36,893 nucleotides of DNA from Nemertoderma westbladi (Eukaryota > Animalia > Xenacoelomorpha): assembly GCA_032718475.1 (NCBI GenBank), contig JAUCBJ010005705.1, positions 1-36,893 on the forward strand, read 5' to 3'. The position numbers and the translations under genes were made by a program. Shown here one piece after another: positions 19,799 to 30,100 of the stretch (position 1 is its first letter; every line of letters begins with the position of its first letter). Below the pieces are notes generated by a model. That model saw only the letters and a program-made list of their open reading frames with translations. It ran no database searches and was not told where the DNA came from.

Positions 19799-22513
19799 AT
19801 AACTTTTGGGGTTCAAGTCTCCCTCACTCACCCTAGCGCTAACCAGTTCAGCCACTTGTCCCTGACATTCACTCTGTCAACCCCCGGTGACGCGCTTTCT
19901 CATTTTTTCCATTTCTGAACAAAACCATAATATTACACAACACATTTAATTACAGTTGCATTAACAGCTCAACTCCAATTCATTTAAATGGTAAAGAAAT
20001 CTGATCCCGTTCGTGGTGGTGTATCAAGGTCATCTAAACAATGTAAACACACACAACACAAACAAACACAAAACAAAACAAATGTAAAAGTCTGTCTGTG
20101 TGTAGGTTTTCTAATTAAGCAATACTCGTAGGTTACAACTACCAAATTTCAGATGATGAATCTATCATGGTTGGTTCTATAATTACAGCTACTTTTACGT
20201 TATGTAACTTCGTCCCCCTACCGGCAGACAGGGGAACTGTAGAAGCCTGTCAGTGTGTAGAATTTCTAAATTTTTGATAGACTACATGTGTACCAAGTTT
20301 GGTTCCATTTCATCCATGATTGACCGACTTATTAAGGTTCAAACATTCCTGCCACAAACATAGCCAGAGGCAGCCACAAACAAACAGAAGCTGCAGGAAC
20401 TCAAGCGATAATTAATTAATTAATTATTAAATACTGTTTCAATTAAATTATTTACGAAAATCTACTTATCTTCTTTTAAATATGGACCCTGCATTCGTGG
20501 AAAATATAATATTTGATAATTCACCAGTCAGCCTGCGATAATTTTGCAGGCCTAGGTCCTTGTCATGGCCTGTTATTTCAGATGACCTTAAAAAAAAGTG
20601 GTGTATCCATAGAAAGGCGAACTATCAGACTATAGAAATTCTTGAGATACCGGCAAGCCGACTTCAGAGGGGTACAGTATGTTCAAACATTTCGGAATGG
20701 GACCAGAGGTCTGAGTTTGGGGTCTACCCTCGGTTCTAAAACAATCATCTTCTTACTATTTCTAATATATTTCTGCCTCTAGGGCCATCGTCAGAGAACA
20801 CTAAACACCGAATTATAGGCCTACTCAGAGTATATCTGTATATACAGATATAGCAGTATAGTTCGCCTGCAGTTGTGGAAAACCTTTAGTTTATTTTCTC
20901 TGTACTGCAGTACTGCTATACCTGCAGACCTGTATAGTGTATACCAGTACTGCAGTACAGGCTGACAGGTAGTTCTGTAGTTGTTTTTGTACTGGCTGAC
21001 TGGTACCGGTAGGTGGTAGGCAGGCCTACTCAGCTACACTGCTACTGTGCTAAGATTGTAATTCTGTAATTACAGTAATGAATACAGGAATAGGCCTACC
21101 ACCTGCATCTATGTGGTTCAAAATTGAGATATGATACATCTTGGGTCTTGTAGGGATCTGGGTATAACTATACCGGGTAAGTAATGCAGTATGCAGTAAT
21201 GATGTAAAGTTTAACTTATACTTTAGGGCAGTAGGGAGCAAGTGAAGACAGGAAGAAGGCGTATAAAATAGTTAATATATGATATTCAGATGTTTTCATC
21301 AGTTCATACAGTCATACTGGTAGGCCCCTATGGTAAATTAAACGCAATTCTTACTGCTGTACTGCCTATAAGACCTACGTGCTGACGTGCTACGTGCGAC
21401 CTATTCTAGAATAACCTACCTGCCTACTGCAGTACTTTAGTAGTAGTATTCAGGTATTCTAGAGTAGTTATTATTATTATTATTATTACAGCCTGCAGGA
21501 CTGCCTACCCTACATGCCGACATGCAGACAGGTCCTGCTCCAGTGCTCCTGATGTGTGCTTGACATCTTATAACAAATCGAACAAGCTCAGAAGCTAGTC
21601 TAACGAACATTGCACATTGTACTCATTCAGACAGTCATGGCCTGATAGCAGCATTGCATGCATATCTGCAATGGATAGCCAGCAGCGCAGCAGGCATATC
21701 AGCATATCGCAGCGCAATCGCATATCGGTATCTAATACCAGAATACTGTAATATGTACCGGTAATACATAGGCAGATAGGCCTAATACCTATATTAGTAT
21801 ATACTGATATAGTGATATAGGCTATATATATACAATCCACAATCTGACAATCGAAGGCATCTCGACGAAATTAGGCGTACAACAGCTCGTTAGAAAGCTC
21901 TCGCTCTATCAGTCTATCCCGTGGCAAACTGGCAACGTAGACTTTTACTTTGGCTTTTACAGTTTTACGTTCACTTTTACTTTTAATGTGCGTTCGAAAT
22001 CGATTCTAAAATATTTCAGTATTTGGCGTCATCACATCCAGACATCACATTCATTATTTTACTGTGAATTTTATACTTTAGTTAATATACCGGTAGTATA
22101 CTTCAGTAGTTTCTGACTGAATGAAATTACCCACGAGGACGATGAAGTCCCGTTCTAGAAAGGGCGTTATGTTAAACAATCAACTACATTATTTTGATTT
22201 TCACTCCTTTTGCATTATTTTCACTGCAAATGTTGGAATTTAGCTCTGCTCTATACAAATTAAACATTTACCGCAATACCGGTACCGGTACATCTGTAAT
22301 GAAATTTACGTTGATCTGTACGAACTGGGTTGAGTTCGCCTCATTTCCGTTAAATTTTGCCAGAGGTGCGCATATGAACGTTAAATTAAAATATTAAAAT
22401 AGGGGAGAACACCAAGTACATACATAAATTGTGAATTACCGTTACTGTAGGATACTGATAGCGCCGGTACGCGGTACTGAATTTGTCTACAGTTTCTAAC
22501 AACACATATTATT

Positions 22514-22993
22514 GGGTCCTACGAATTACCCCAAAATACCCCAAAACACCCCAAAATACCCCAAAATACTCCAAAATACCCCAAAATAGTCAAATATTAC
22601 CCCAAAATACCCCAAAAAGGCTAAAAAATTACCCCAAAATACCCCAAAATAAGCTAACCATGTTTTTCAACAGTAAGGGAAAGGAGCAGGTTACAGTGGC
22701 AAGTTTTTTTAACCAAAACAATAAACGAGAGTGAAGAAAAAAATTTTAATTATTTTGGGGTAATTCGTCATTATTTTGGGGTAATTCGTCATTTTGCCAT
22801 ATTTTGGGGTAAAATAAATTTCCAAAACAAAGGCTGAAAAAAAAGTATTTTGGGGTAATTCTAAACTATTTTGGGGTATTTTGGGGTAATTCTAAACTAT
22901 TTTGGGGTATTTTGGGGTAGTTTTATACTATTTTGGGGTGTTTTGGGGTATTTTGGGGTGTTTTGGGGTATTTTGGGGTAATTCGTAGGACCG
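22514..22993. mobile_element. 480-bp MITE / foldback element with TIRs built from TACCCCAAAA repeats and an 8-bp TSD
   Basis: GGTCCTACGAATTACCCCAAAATACCCC...GGGGTATTTTGGGGTAATTCGTAGGACC, flanked by ATATTATT at 22506-22513 and 22994-23001. Superfamily (MULE- or Merlin-like) is uncertain. Confidence 0.9.
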
Positions 22994-23088
22994 ATATTAT
23001 TTTGTATTCGCGAGTTTTGTTACTAAATTCCTATTCTATGCCGGTATATTTGGGATTGAAACAAAGTCATCTTGGGGGAATTATCTAA

Positions 23089-24975
23089 ATGGAAGAAGTA
23101 AACAGTTCAGTTAATGTGAATGAAGACAACAATGTTGAGAGTTCGTCTACCTTTGATGGCAACTTGTTTATTGGAGTAGACGTTAACCCTGTACTGGTTG
23201 ATGAAACTATTAATTGTGAAAAAACTGCAGATTATTGTGTTTCATTAATAACTGATAGTGAAAGAGTTTCTCAATGTGTTACTGAAACTGAAACTGAAAA
23301 CGCAAATATCAATGGTGAATATCCTGCCTCCGAGGTGTCAGTTGTACTATTCGAGGATTGTCTTGCCTCTGGGCCGTCAGAGGATACTGGAGTGGATGTT
23401 GGGCTAGTTAATGTTGCGAGTTCCTCTCTGGGGAACGTTCCTATATGCTGCGCTACTCAACCGACTACCATTAGCGGATCCCCTGATATTAATGTTGTGA
23501 GTTCCTCTCTGGGGAACGTTCCTATATGCTGCGCTACTCAACCGACTACCAGTAGCGGATCCCCTGATGTTAATGTTGCGAGTTCCTCTCTGGGGAACGT
23601 TCCTATATGCAGCGCTACTCAACCGACTACCAGTAGCGGATCCCCTGATGTTAATGTTGCGAGTTCCTCTCTGGGGAACGTTCCTATATGCTGCGTTACT
23701 CAACCGACTACCAGTAGCTTGTCGCTTGATGTTAATATTGTGAGTTCCTCGGCCGGGAACGTTCCTATATGCAGCGCTACTCAAACGACTATCAGTAGCG
23801 AGTCGCCTGATGTTAATAGTGCGGCAGTTGGGGAGTTAGTTTACTCATCAGATACCAAGTACTGCTTGTATTGCTGCGATATATTCAAAGACGAAGGAAC
23901 TCTGGAAAAACATTTAAAGATCCATTTGGCATCAGCGCATAAAATCAGGTTTGATTGCGCTGATTGTGGTAATGTTTTTTATTCCCAAAGATCGCTAAAC
24001 ACGCATGTTAGCTTCATTCATAAAGGTATTCATTACAACTGCTCCGATTGTGGGAAAGCCTTTCCGCTGAAACGCAATTTAAAAACACATGTCGACTTTG
24101 TGCATAAAGATATCAAGTATAAATGCTTTCATTGTGGAAAAGCTTTTGTATTGAAGAGTTGTTTAAAGCAACATATAGAAGCTGTTCACAACCGGATCAG
24201 ATACCATTGCGATCAGTGCGACAAAGTATTTACGCAGAAAGGTTACCTAGATAAGCACGTAAACTCTTTTCACAAAGGTGTCAGGTTTAATTGCTCAGAT
24301 TGCGCTAAGGTATTTAAACAACAAATTTACCTCGACCGACATGTTGTCTTTGCGCATAAAGGTGCCGTAGAATTCGCTTGCATTTATTGCGACGAAGTGT
24401 TCACGCAGAGCACCAATCTGCGTAAGCATGTCGATTTAATTCATAAAGATATCAAGTACAGTTGTAAGGAATGCGGTAAAGTATTGAGCAACCAAAATAA
24501 TTTAAACAGGCATATCAACGCTGTTCATAATAGTATTGAACAGTTCAATTGCAGTGATTGCAGTAAAGTGTTCCGCCAGAAAAGCTACCTATTAAAGCAC
24601 TTTGACACTATGCATAAAGGTGTCAAATACAGTTGCATTGATTGTGGTAAGATATTTAGCCATCAAAGCTCCCTAAGCAGTCACGTTGTCTCTATCCACA
24701 AGGGTGTCAAGTTGAAGTATACTTGTTTTGATTGCGGTAAAGGAATTAGCAGCAGATCCAACCTAAAGAGACACATTGACTCTGTCCACAAAGGTACAGA
24801 AAAGTTCAATTGTATTGACTGCTGTAAAGTATATTCTGACCGAAGCGCCCTAACCAAGCACGTCAACATTGTCCATAAAGGTTTTAGGTATAAATGCAGT
24901 TACTGCGATAAAGAATTTTGCCAGAAAGCCAATGTGAATATTCACGTTGACTCTGTTCATATGATGTATACATAG
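23089..24975 (+). CDS. C2H2 zinc-finger protein, 628 aa, 13 fingers, with an acidic and Ser-rich repeat N-terminus
   Basis: Uninterrupted ATG-to-TAG ORF with one CX2CX12HX3H finger followed by 12 tandem CX2CX12HX4H fingers with HKG(V/I)x(Y/F)xC-type linkers. Upstream exons cannot be excluded. Confidence 0.92.
   Translation: MEEVNSSVNVNEDNNVESSSTFDGNLFIGVDVNPVLVDETINCEKTADYCVSLITDSERVSQCVTETETENANINGEYPASEVSVVLFEDCLASGPSEDTGVDVGLVNVASSSLGNVPICCATQPTTISGSPDINVVSSSLGNVPICCATQPTTSSGSPDVNVASSSLGNVPICSATQPTTSSGSPDVNVASSSLGNVPICCVTQPTTSSLSLDVNIVSSSAGNVPICSATQTTISSESPDVNSAAVGELVYSSDTKYCLYCCDIFKDEGTLEKHLKIHLASAHKIRFDCADCGNVFYSQRSLNTHVSFIHKGIHYNCSDCGKAFPLKRNLKTHVDFVHKDIKYKCFHCGKAFVLKSCLKQHIEAVHNRIRYHCDQCDKVFTQKGYLDKHVNSFHKGVRFNCSDCAKVFKQQIYLDRHVVFAHKGAVEFACIYCDEVFTQSTNLRKHVDLIHKDIKYSCKECGKVLSNQNNLNRHINAVHNSIEQFNCSDCSKVFRQKSYLLKHFDTMHKGVKYSCIDCGKIFSHQSSLSSHVVSIHKGVKLKYTCFDCGKGISSRSNLKRHIDSVHKGTEKFNCIDCCKVYSDRSALTKHVNIVHKGFRYKCSYCDKEFCQKANVNIHVDSVHMMYT
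23407..23817 (+). repeat. 81-bp coding tandem repeat x5 (VNVASSSLGNVPICCATQPTTSSGSPD)
   Basis: Units start at 23407, 23488, 23569, 23650 and 23731. Confidence 0.95.
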
Positions 24976-25701
24976 TGGGGATTCAGAGTTTAAGTTTTGT
25001 ATTTTATGTATAGAATCGAAAATGGAATGTAAGTTGTAAACCAAAAGTTTGCTGAAGTGTTCAGTGCAGCTCAAACTTTAATGACATTTGGAGCTATTAT
25101 GAGGAGGACCAGCAAACAATATTACTTGCTTATAGTCTTGTGGTCTGGAGTTTCTGTGCCTTGGTGGTGGTTGTTGTATTATTTATTATAATTTATTCCG
25201 TAAAATAGCCATTTTTCAAGGGAAATTATCCTTGACACCAAAAATTCAAAATGTATTTTTGAGAATAATCTGAGAGTAACTGAAATGAGTTCGACTTTGA
25301 AATAAACTTTTTGTAAATGTTGTTTTGTTATACAATCAAATCTAAGAGCAAACAGTTGGAGATCATAAAATGGCGGATATTAGGCGGTCGCGATCCCATC
25401 ATAGTAGACAGTCACCGTAGTAGTAGTAGTAGTAGTAGTAAAGCGGTCGTGCCAAGTATCTTCCTTTACTCCCGGTCCTACAAATTTGTTTTGGTTTCTG
25501 GTCCATGAAATTACGGATTACCAATTTTAAAAATATTTTTTTTTCAAGTGAGCAACTTAAAATTTTGCTTTTTCAAACATTTTGCTTGCGTATCTCGTGT
25601 TGAAAATTCTACTAATACTACTACTATAGGCATGCTGCATTGTAGCAGAAGTATTGTATTATATATTATATATAATTATTATATTATATATTACATATAT
25701 A

Positions 25702-26079
25702 TTAAGCATGTTGTGCCGGCTTGTCGACAAAATTGCGCCGCCACAACTCCCTATCACCCATGACATTTGCTAGATCATCCGCATCTTCAAGGCCAGTATC
25801 CTTTAAGATGCGTCTCAAGAAAGTAATTTCTACCGGCTGTCCACCATGCTTATTCACTCCACGAGGCCGCAAAAGCACAAGATTCTGCAATGGTTGGTCC
25901 TCACGGCGAAAGCAATGTCCTGCAAAGCGGAGGCGGTTCCGTTCTAGTGTCAAGCTAGGGGAGAATAATGAAACACATCCAATGTTGCATAGATTCTGAT
26001 TGGAGATGTGTACATTGTACTTGACACAATGAACCCAGCGCAGCATTCTTGTATAAGTGCCATCCAGAGATTCGGTCAT
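25702..26079 (-). mobile_element. 5'-truncated RTE-clade non-LTR retrotransposon fragment (ORF C-terminus)
   Basis: LDGTYTRMLRWV...RNRLRFAGHCFRRED...DTGL...MGDRELWRR is the characteristic post-RT C-terminus of RTE/RTE-X elements. An AT-rich tail follows. Confidence 0.85.
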
Positions 26080-26751
26080 GACGTACTATAGAAATCTACA
26101 GTAGGTCATGATTTGGTGTCCTCTGAATGTGTTGAAAATAACATTTTTGCATTGCGTCTTTATGAAATTCCACATGACGTAATGGTTTTTAATAATTGAT
26201 AGAGCAGAACCTTGCGACATGGTAAAGGTAACCATTGTAAACTTTTTATATAATTATGTATAGATAAACTGACTACTATCGTGGAATCTAGAAACACGCT
26301 ATTTTTTGAATTTTTGATAAACATGTCTTTCCATTGTGTTCGTTTCCATGGAAATGAGAAAGTTGTAGTTGCTTAATCAATCTAACTCCCCCTGTCTGTG
26401 TAATATATACAGCTACCATTGCGTATTTTACTAATAATTATATTTAATAATAATTTCTATAATAAAATAAATATGAGTCCGTTGTATGCATGCATGTATA
26501 ATAATATATGATAATGATAACAATAGATAGGTACGTAGATGATTTGCAATTAGGTGAGGCCAGATCTAAGCAAGACTATAGGTGCGAATTCTCGGGTTTT
26601 TAATGCCGTGAATGGCGATGTGGCTATAATAATATTTTTATACAGTCAAATAAGTTAATATTATTATCCCTTGTTCTAGCTTATTCAATGACCACCCATT
26701 TTTATCAAAAATACACAATACTGTACACGTGATTTTGTAAACAAAATGCAA

Positions 26752-26806
26752 TTTTTTGAAAAAAACTTTTTTGAAAAAAACTTTTTTGAAAAAAACTTTT
26801 TTGAAA
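26752..26806. repeat. 15-bp tandem repeat TTTTTTGAAAAAAAC, about 3.5 copies
   Basis: Read directly from the sequence. Confidence 0.85.
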
Positions 26807-27179
26807 ATCATTTTTGAATTTTTGAAAATTTTTGAAATAATGCATCAGACGGGTTATAGATAAGAACAATATTACCTAACGTTACCTACCATATATACAG
26901 TATATTACCTACCGTTACCTACCATATATATATTACCTACCTACCTACGGTGTATACTTTACATATAAGGTGCAATGCAATATCTGCCTGGTTATATAAT
27001 TACATTTATTTATAATATTTATTTGTTGTTTGCAGTATGTAATTAATTAACATTATAAATTTATGTATTTGTAGTTAAATTTAGACTACACCAAGTTTTC
27101 AAATCCCCTTAAGTGGCTGGCTACCTTTGCCTTTATTAAAAAAAACAGTTTCTAGTCTGAAATTACGCTGATGAAGCGG

Positions 27180-30100
27180 TACTTTGTGTGAAATCGGAAC
27201 GCTTACCAGAACAAGTACTTGGTGAGAAATCGGAACACTTACCTGAACAAGTACATATTGAGAAATCGGAACACTTACCAGAACAAGTACTTGGTGTGAA
27301 ATCGGAGCACTTACCAGAACAAGTGCTTGGTGAGAAATCGGAACACCAATCAGAACAAGTACTTGGTGAGAAATCGGAACACTTAACAGAACAAGTACTT
27401 AAGTGAGAAATCGGAACACTTACCAGAACAAGTACTTGGTGAGAAATCGGACACTTACCAGAACAAGTACTTAAGTGAGAAATCGGAACACTTACCAGAA
27501 CAAGTACTTGGTGAGAAATCGGAACACTTACCAGAACAAGTACTTAGTGAGAAATCGGAACACTTACCAGAACAAGTACTTGGTGAGAAATCGGAACACT
27601 TACCAGAACAAGTACTTGGTGAGAAATCGGAACACTTACCAGAACAAGTACTTAAGTGAGAAATCGGAACACTTACCAGAACAAGTACTTGGTGAGAAAT
27701 CGGAACACTTACCAGAACAAGTACTTGGTGAGAAATCGTAACACTTACCAGAACAAGTACTTGGTGTGAAATCGGATAGATAGATAGATAGATTTATTTA
27801 TACATTATGTAAAAAACAAATACACCAAACAATGTACCGGTATAAAGGTATTGTCCAACATAACATATAGGATTAACCCTAAAGCTTTGCAGCTTATTTC
27901 CAAGGGGGTCCTTTATGTTACTTGGTTACAAATACAATATTACACTACGCTAACCTAAAACCAATATAAAACGTAATTACACTATGTACATGTACAACTT
28001 TACCGAGAGCGTGGCAATGCCCGACTCAACGATAAAGATGTAATGTACAGAACAATTTATTATAAAACGTAATTACAGTATAAATAGTAAATAATTAATA
28101 AACTAATAACTTACTGTAGGACTATTTTACCTATTTTTACATTGCACACGGAGGTGAGATTTAACTGCAGATTTAAAAGAATGTTGATTATCTAGGTTTT
28201 TATTTTCATTAGGCAGAGCGTTCCAATTTTTAATGCCGTTAAAAAAGAAAGTATCAGATTCAAAGGATTTACAATTCGGGAACACTTACCAGAACAAGTA
28301 CTTGGTGAGAAATCGAAACACTTACCAGAACAAGTACTTAGTGAGAAATCGGAACACTTACCAGAACAAGTACTTAGTGAGAAATCGGAACACTTACCAG
28401 AACAAGTACTTAGTGAGAAATCGGAACACTTGCCAGAACAAGTACATAGTGAGAAATCGGAACACTTACCAGAACAAGTACTTAGTGAGAAATCGGAACA
28501 CTTACCAGAATACGTACTTGGTGTGAAATCGGAACACTTGCCAGAACAAGTACATAGTGAGAAATCGGAACACTTACCAGAACAAGTACTTATTGAGAAA
28601 TCGGAACACTTACCAGAACAAGTACTTAGTGAGAAATCGGAATACTTACCAGAACAAGTACTTAGTGAGAAATCGGAACACTTACCAGAACAAGTACTTA
28701 GTGAGAAATCGGAACACTTACCAGAACAAGTACTTAGTGAGAAATCGGAACACTTACCAGAACAAGTACTTAGTGAGAAATCGGAACACTTGCCAGAACA
28801 AGTACATAGTGAGAAATCGGAACACTTACCAGAACAAGTACTTAGTGAGAAATCGGAACACTTACCAGAATAAGTACTTGGTGTGAAATCGGAACACTTG
28901 CCAGAACAAGTACTTAGTGAGAAATCGGAATACTTACCAGAACAAGTACTTAGTGAGAAATCGGAATACTTACCAGAACAAGTACTTAGTGAGAAATCGG
29001 AACACTTACCAGAACAAGTACTTAGTGAGAAATCGGAATACTTACCAGAACAAGTACTTAGTGTGAAATCGGAACACTTACCTGAACAAGTACATAGTGA
29101 GAAATCGGAACACTTACCAGAACAAGTACTTGGTGAGAAATCGGAACACTTACCAGAATAAGTACTTGGTGTGAAATCGGAACACTTGCCAGAACAAGTA
29201 CATAGTGAGAAATCGGAACACTTACCAGAACAAGTACTTAGTGAGAAATCGGAACACTTACCAGAATAAGTACTTGGTGTGAAATCGGAACACTTACCAG
29301 AACAAGTACTTATTGAGAAATCGGAACACTTACCAGAACAAGTACTTAGTGTGAAATCGGAACACTTACCTGAACAAGTACTTGGTGAGAAATCGGAACA
29401 CTTACCAGAACAAGTACTTATTGAGAAATCGGAACACTTACCAGAACAAGTACTTAGTGTGAAATCGGAATACTTACCTGAACAAGTACTTGGTGAGAAA
29501 TCGGAACACTTACCAGAATAAGTACTTGGTGTGAAATCGGAACACTTGCCAGAACAAGTACATAGTGAGAAATCGGAACACTTACCAGAAAAAGTACTTA
29601 GTGTGAAATCGGAACACTTACCTGAACAAGTACTTGGTGAGAAATCGGAACACTTACCAGAACAAAATTACTTAGTGTGAAATCGGAACACTTACCTGAA
29701 CAAGTACTTGGTGAGAAATCGGAACACTTACCAGAATAAGTACTTGGTGTGAAATCGGAACACTTGCCAGAACAAGTACATAGTGAGAAATCGGAACACT
29801 TACCAGAACAAGTACTTATTGAGAAATCGGAACACTTACCAGAACAAGTACTTAGTGTGAAATCGGAACACTTACCACGCCGTTACTTTGTGTGAAATCG
29901 GAACACTTACCAGAATAAGTACTTGGTGTGAAATCGGAACACTTGCCAGAACAAGTACATAGTGAGAAATCGGAACACTTACCAGAACAAGTACTTATTG
30001 AGAAATCGGAACACTTACCACACCGTTACTTTGTGTGAAATCGGAACACTTACCAGAACAAGTACATAGTGAGAAATCGGAACACTTACCAGAACAAGTA

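Noticed and set aside
20090-20400. Helentron/DINE-like non-autonomous repeat (ACCAAATTTCAG, TACCAAGTTTGGTTCC)
   Set aside because: Only a general resemblance; no termini or second copy in the window.
22483-22734. 83-aa PKYPKTPQN ORF
   Set aside because: Translation of the MITE's 10-bp repeats.
25317-25508. THAP-domain fragment (AVVPSIF) and YY1-like AAAATGGCGG
   Set aside because: The C2CH zinc ligands are absent and the ORF includes an (AGT)n microsatellite; a single short motif is insufficient.
25622-26091. TACTATAG as the TSD of the RTE fragment
   Set aside because: Short, low-complexity match within TAG/CTA-rich sequence, with element boundaries undefined.
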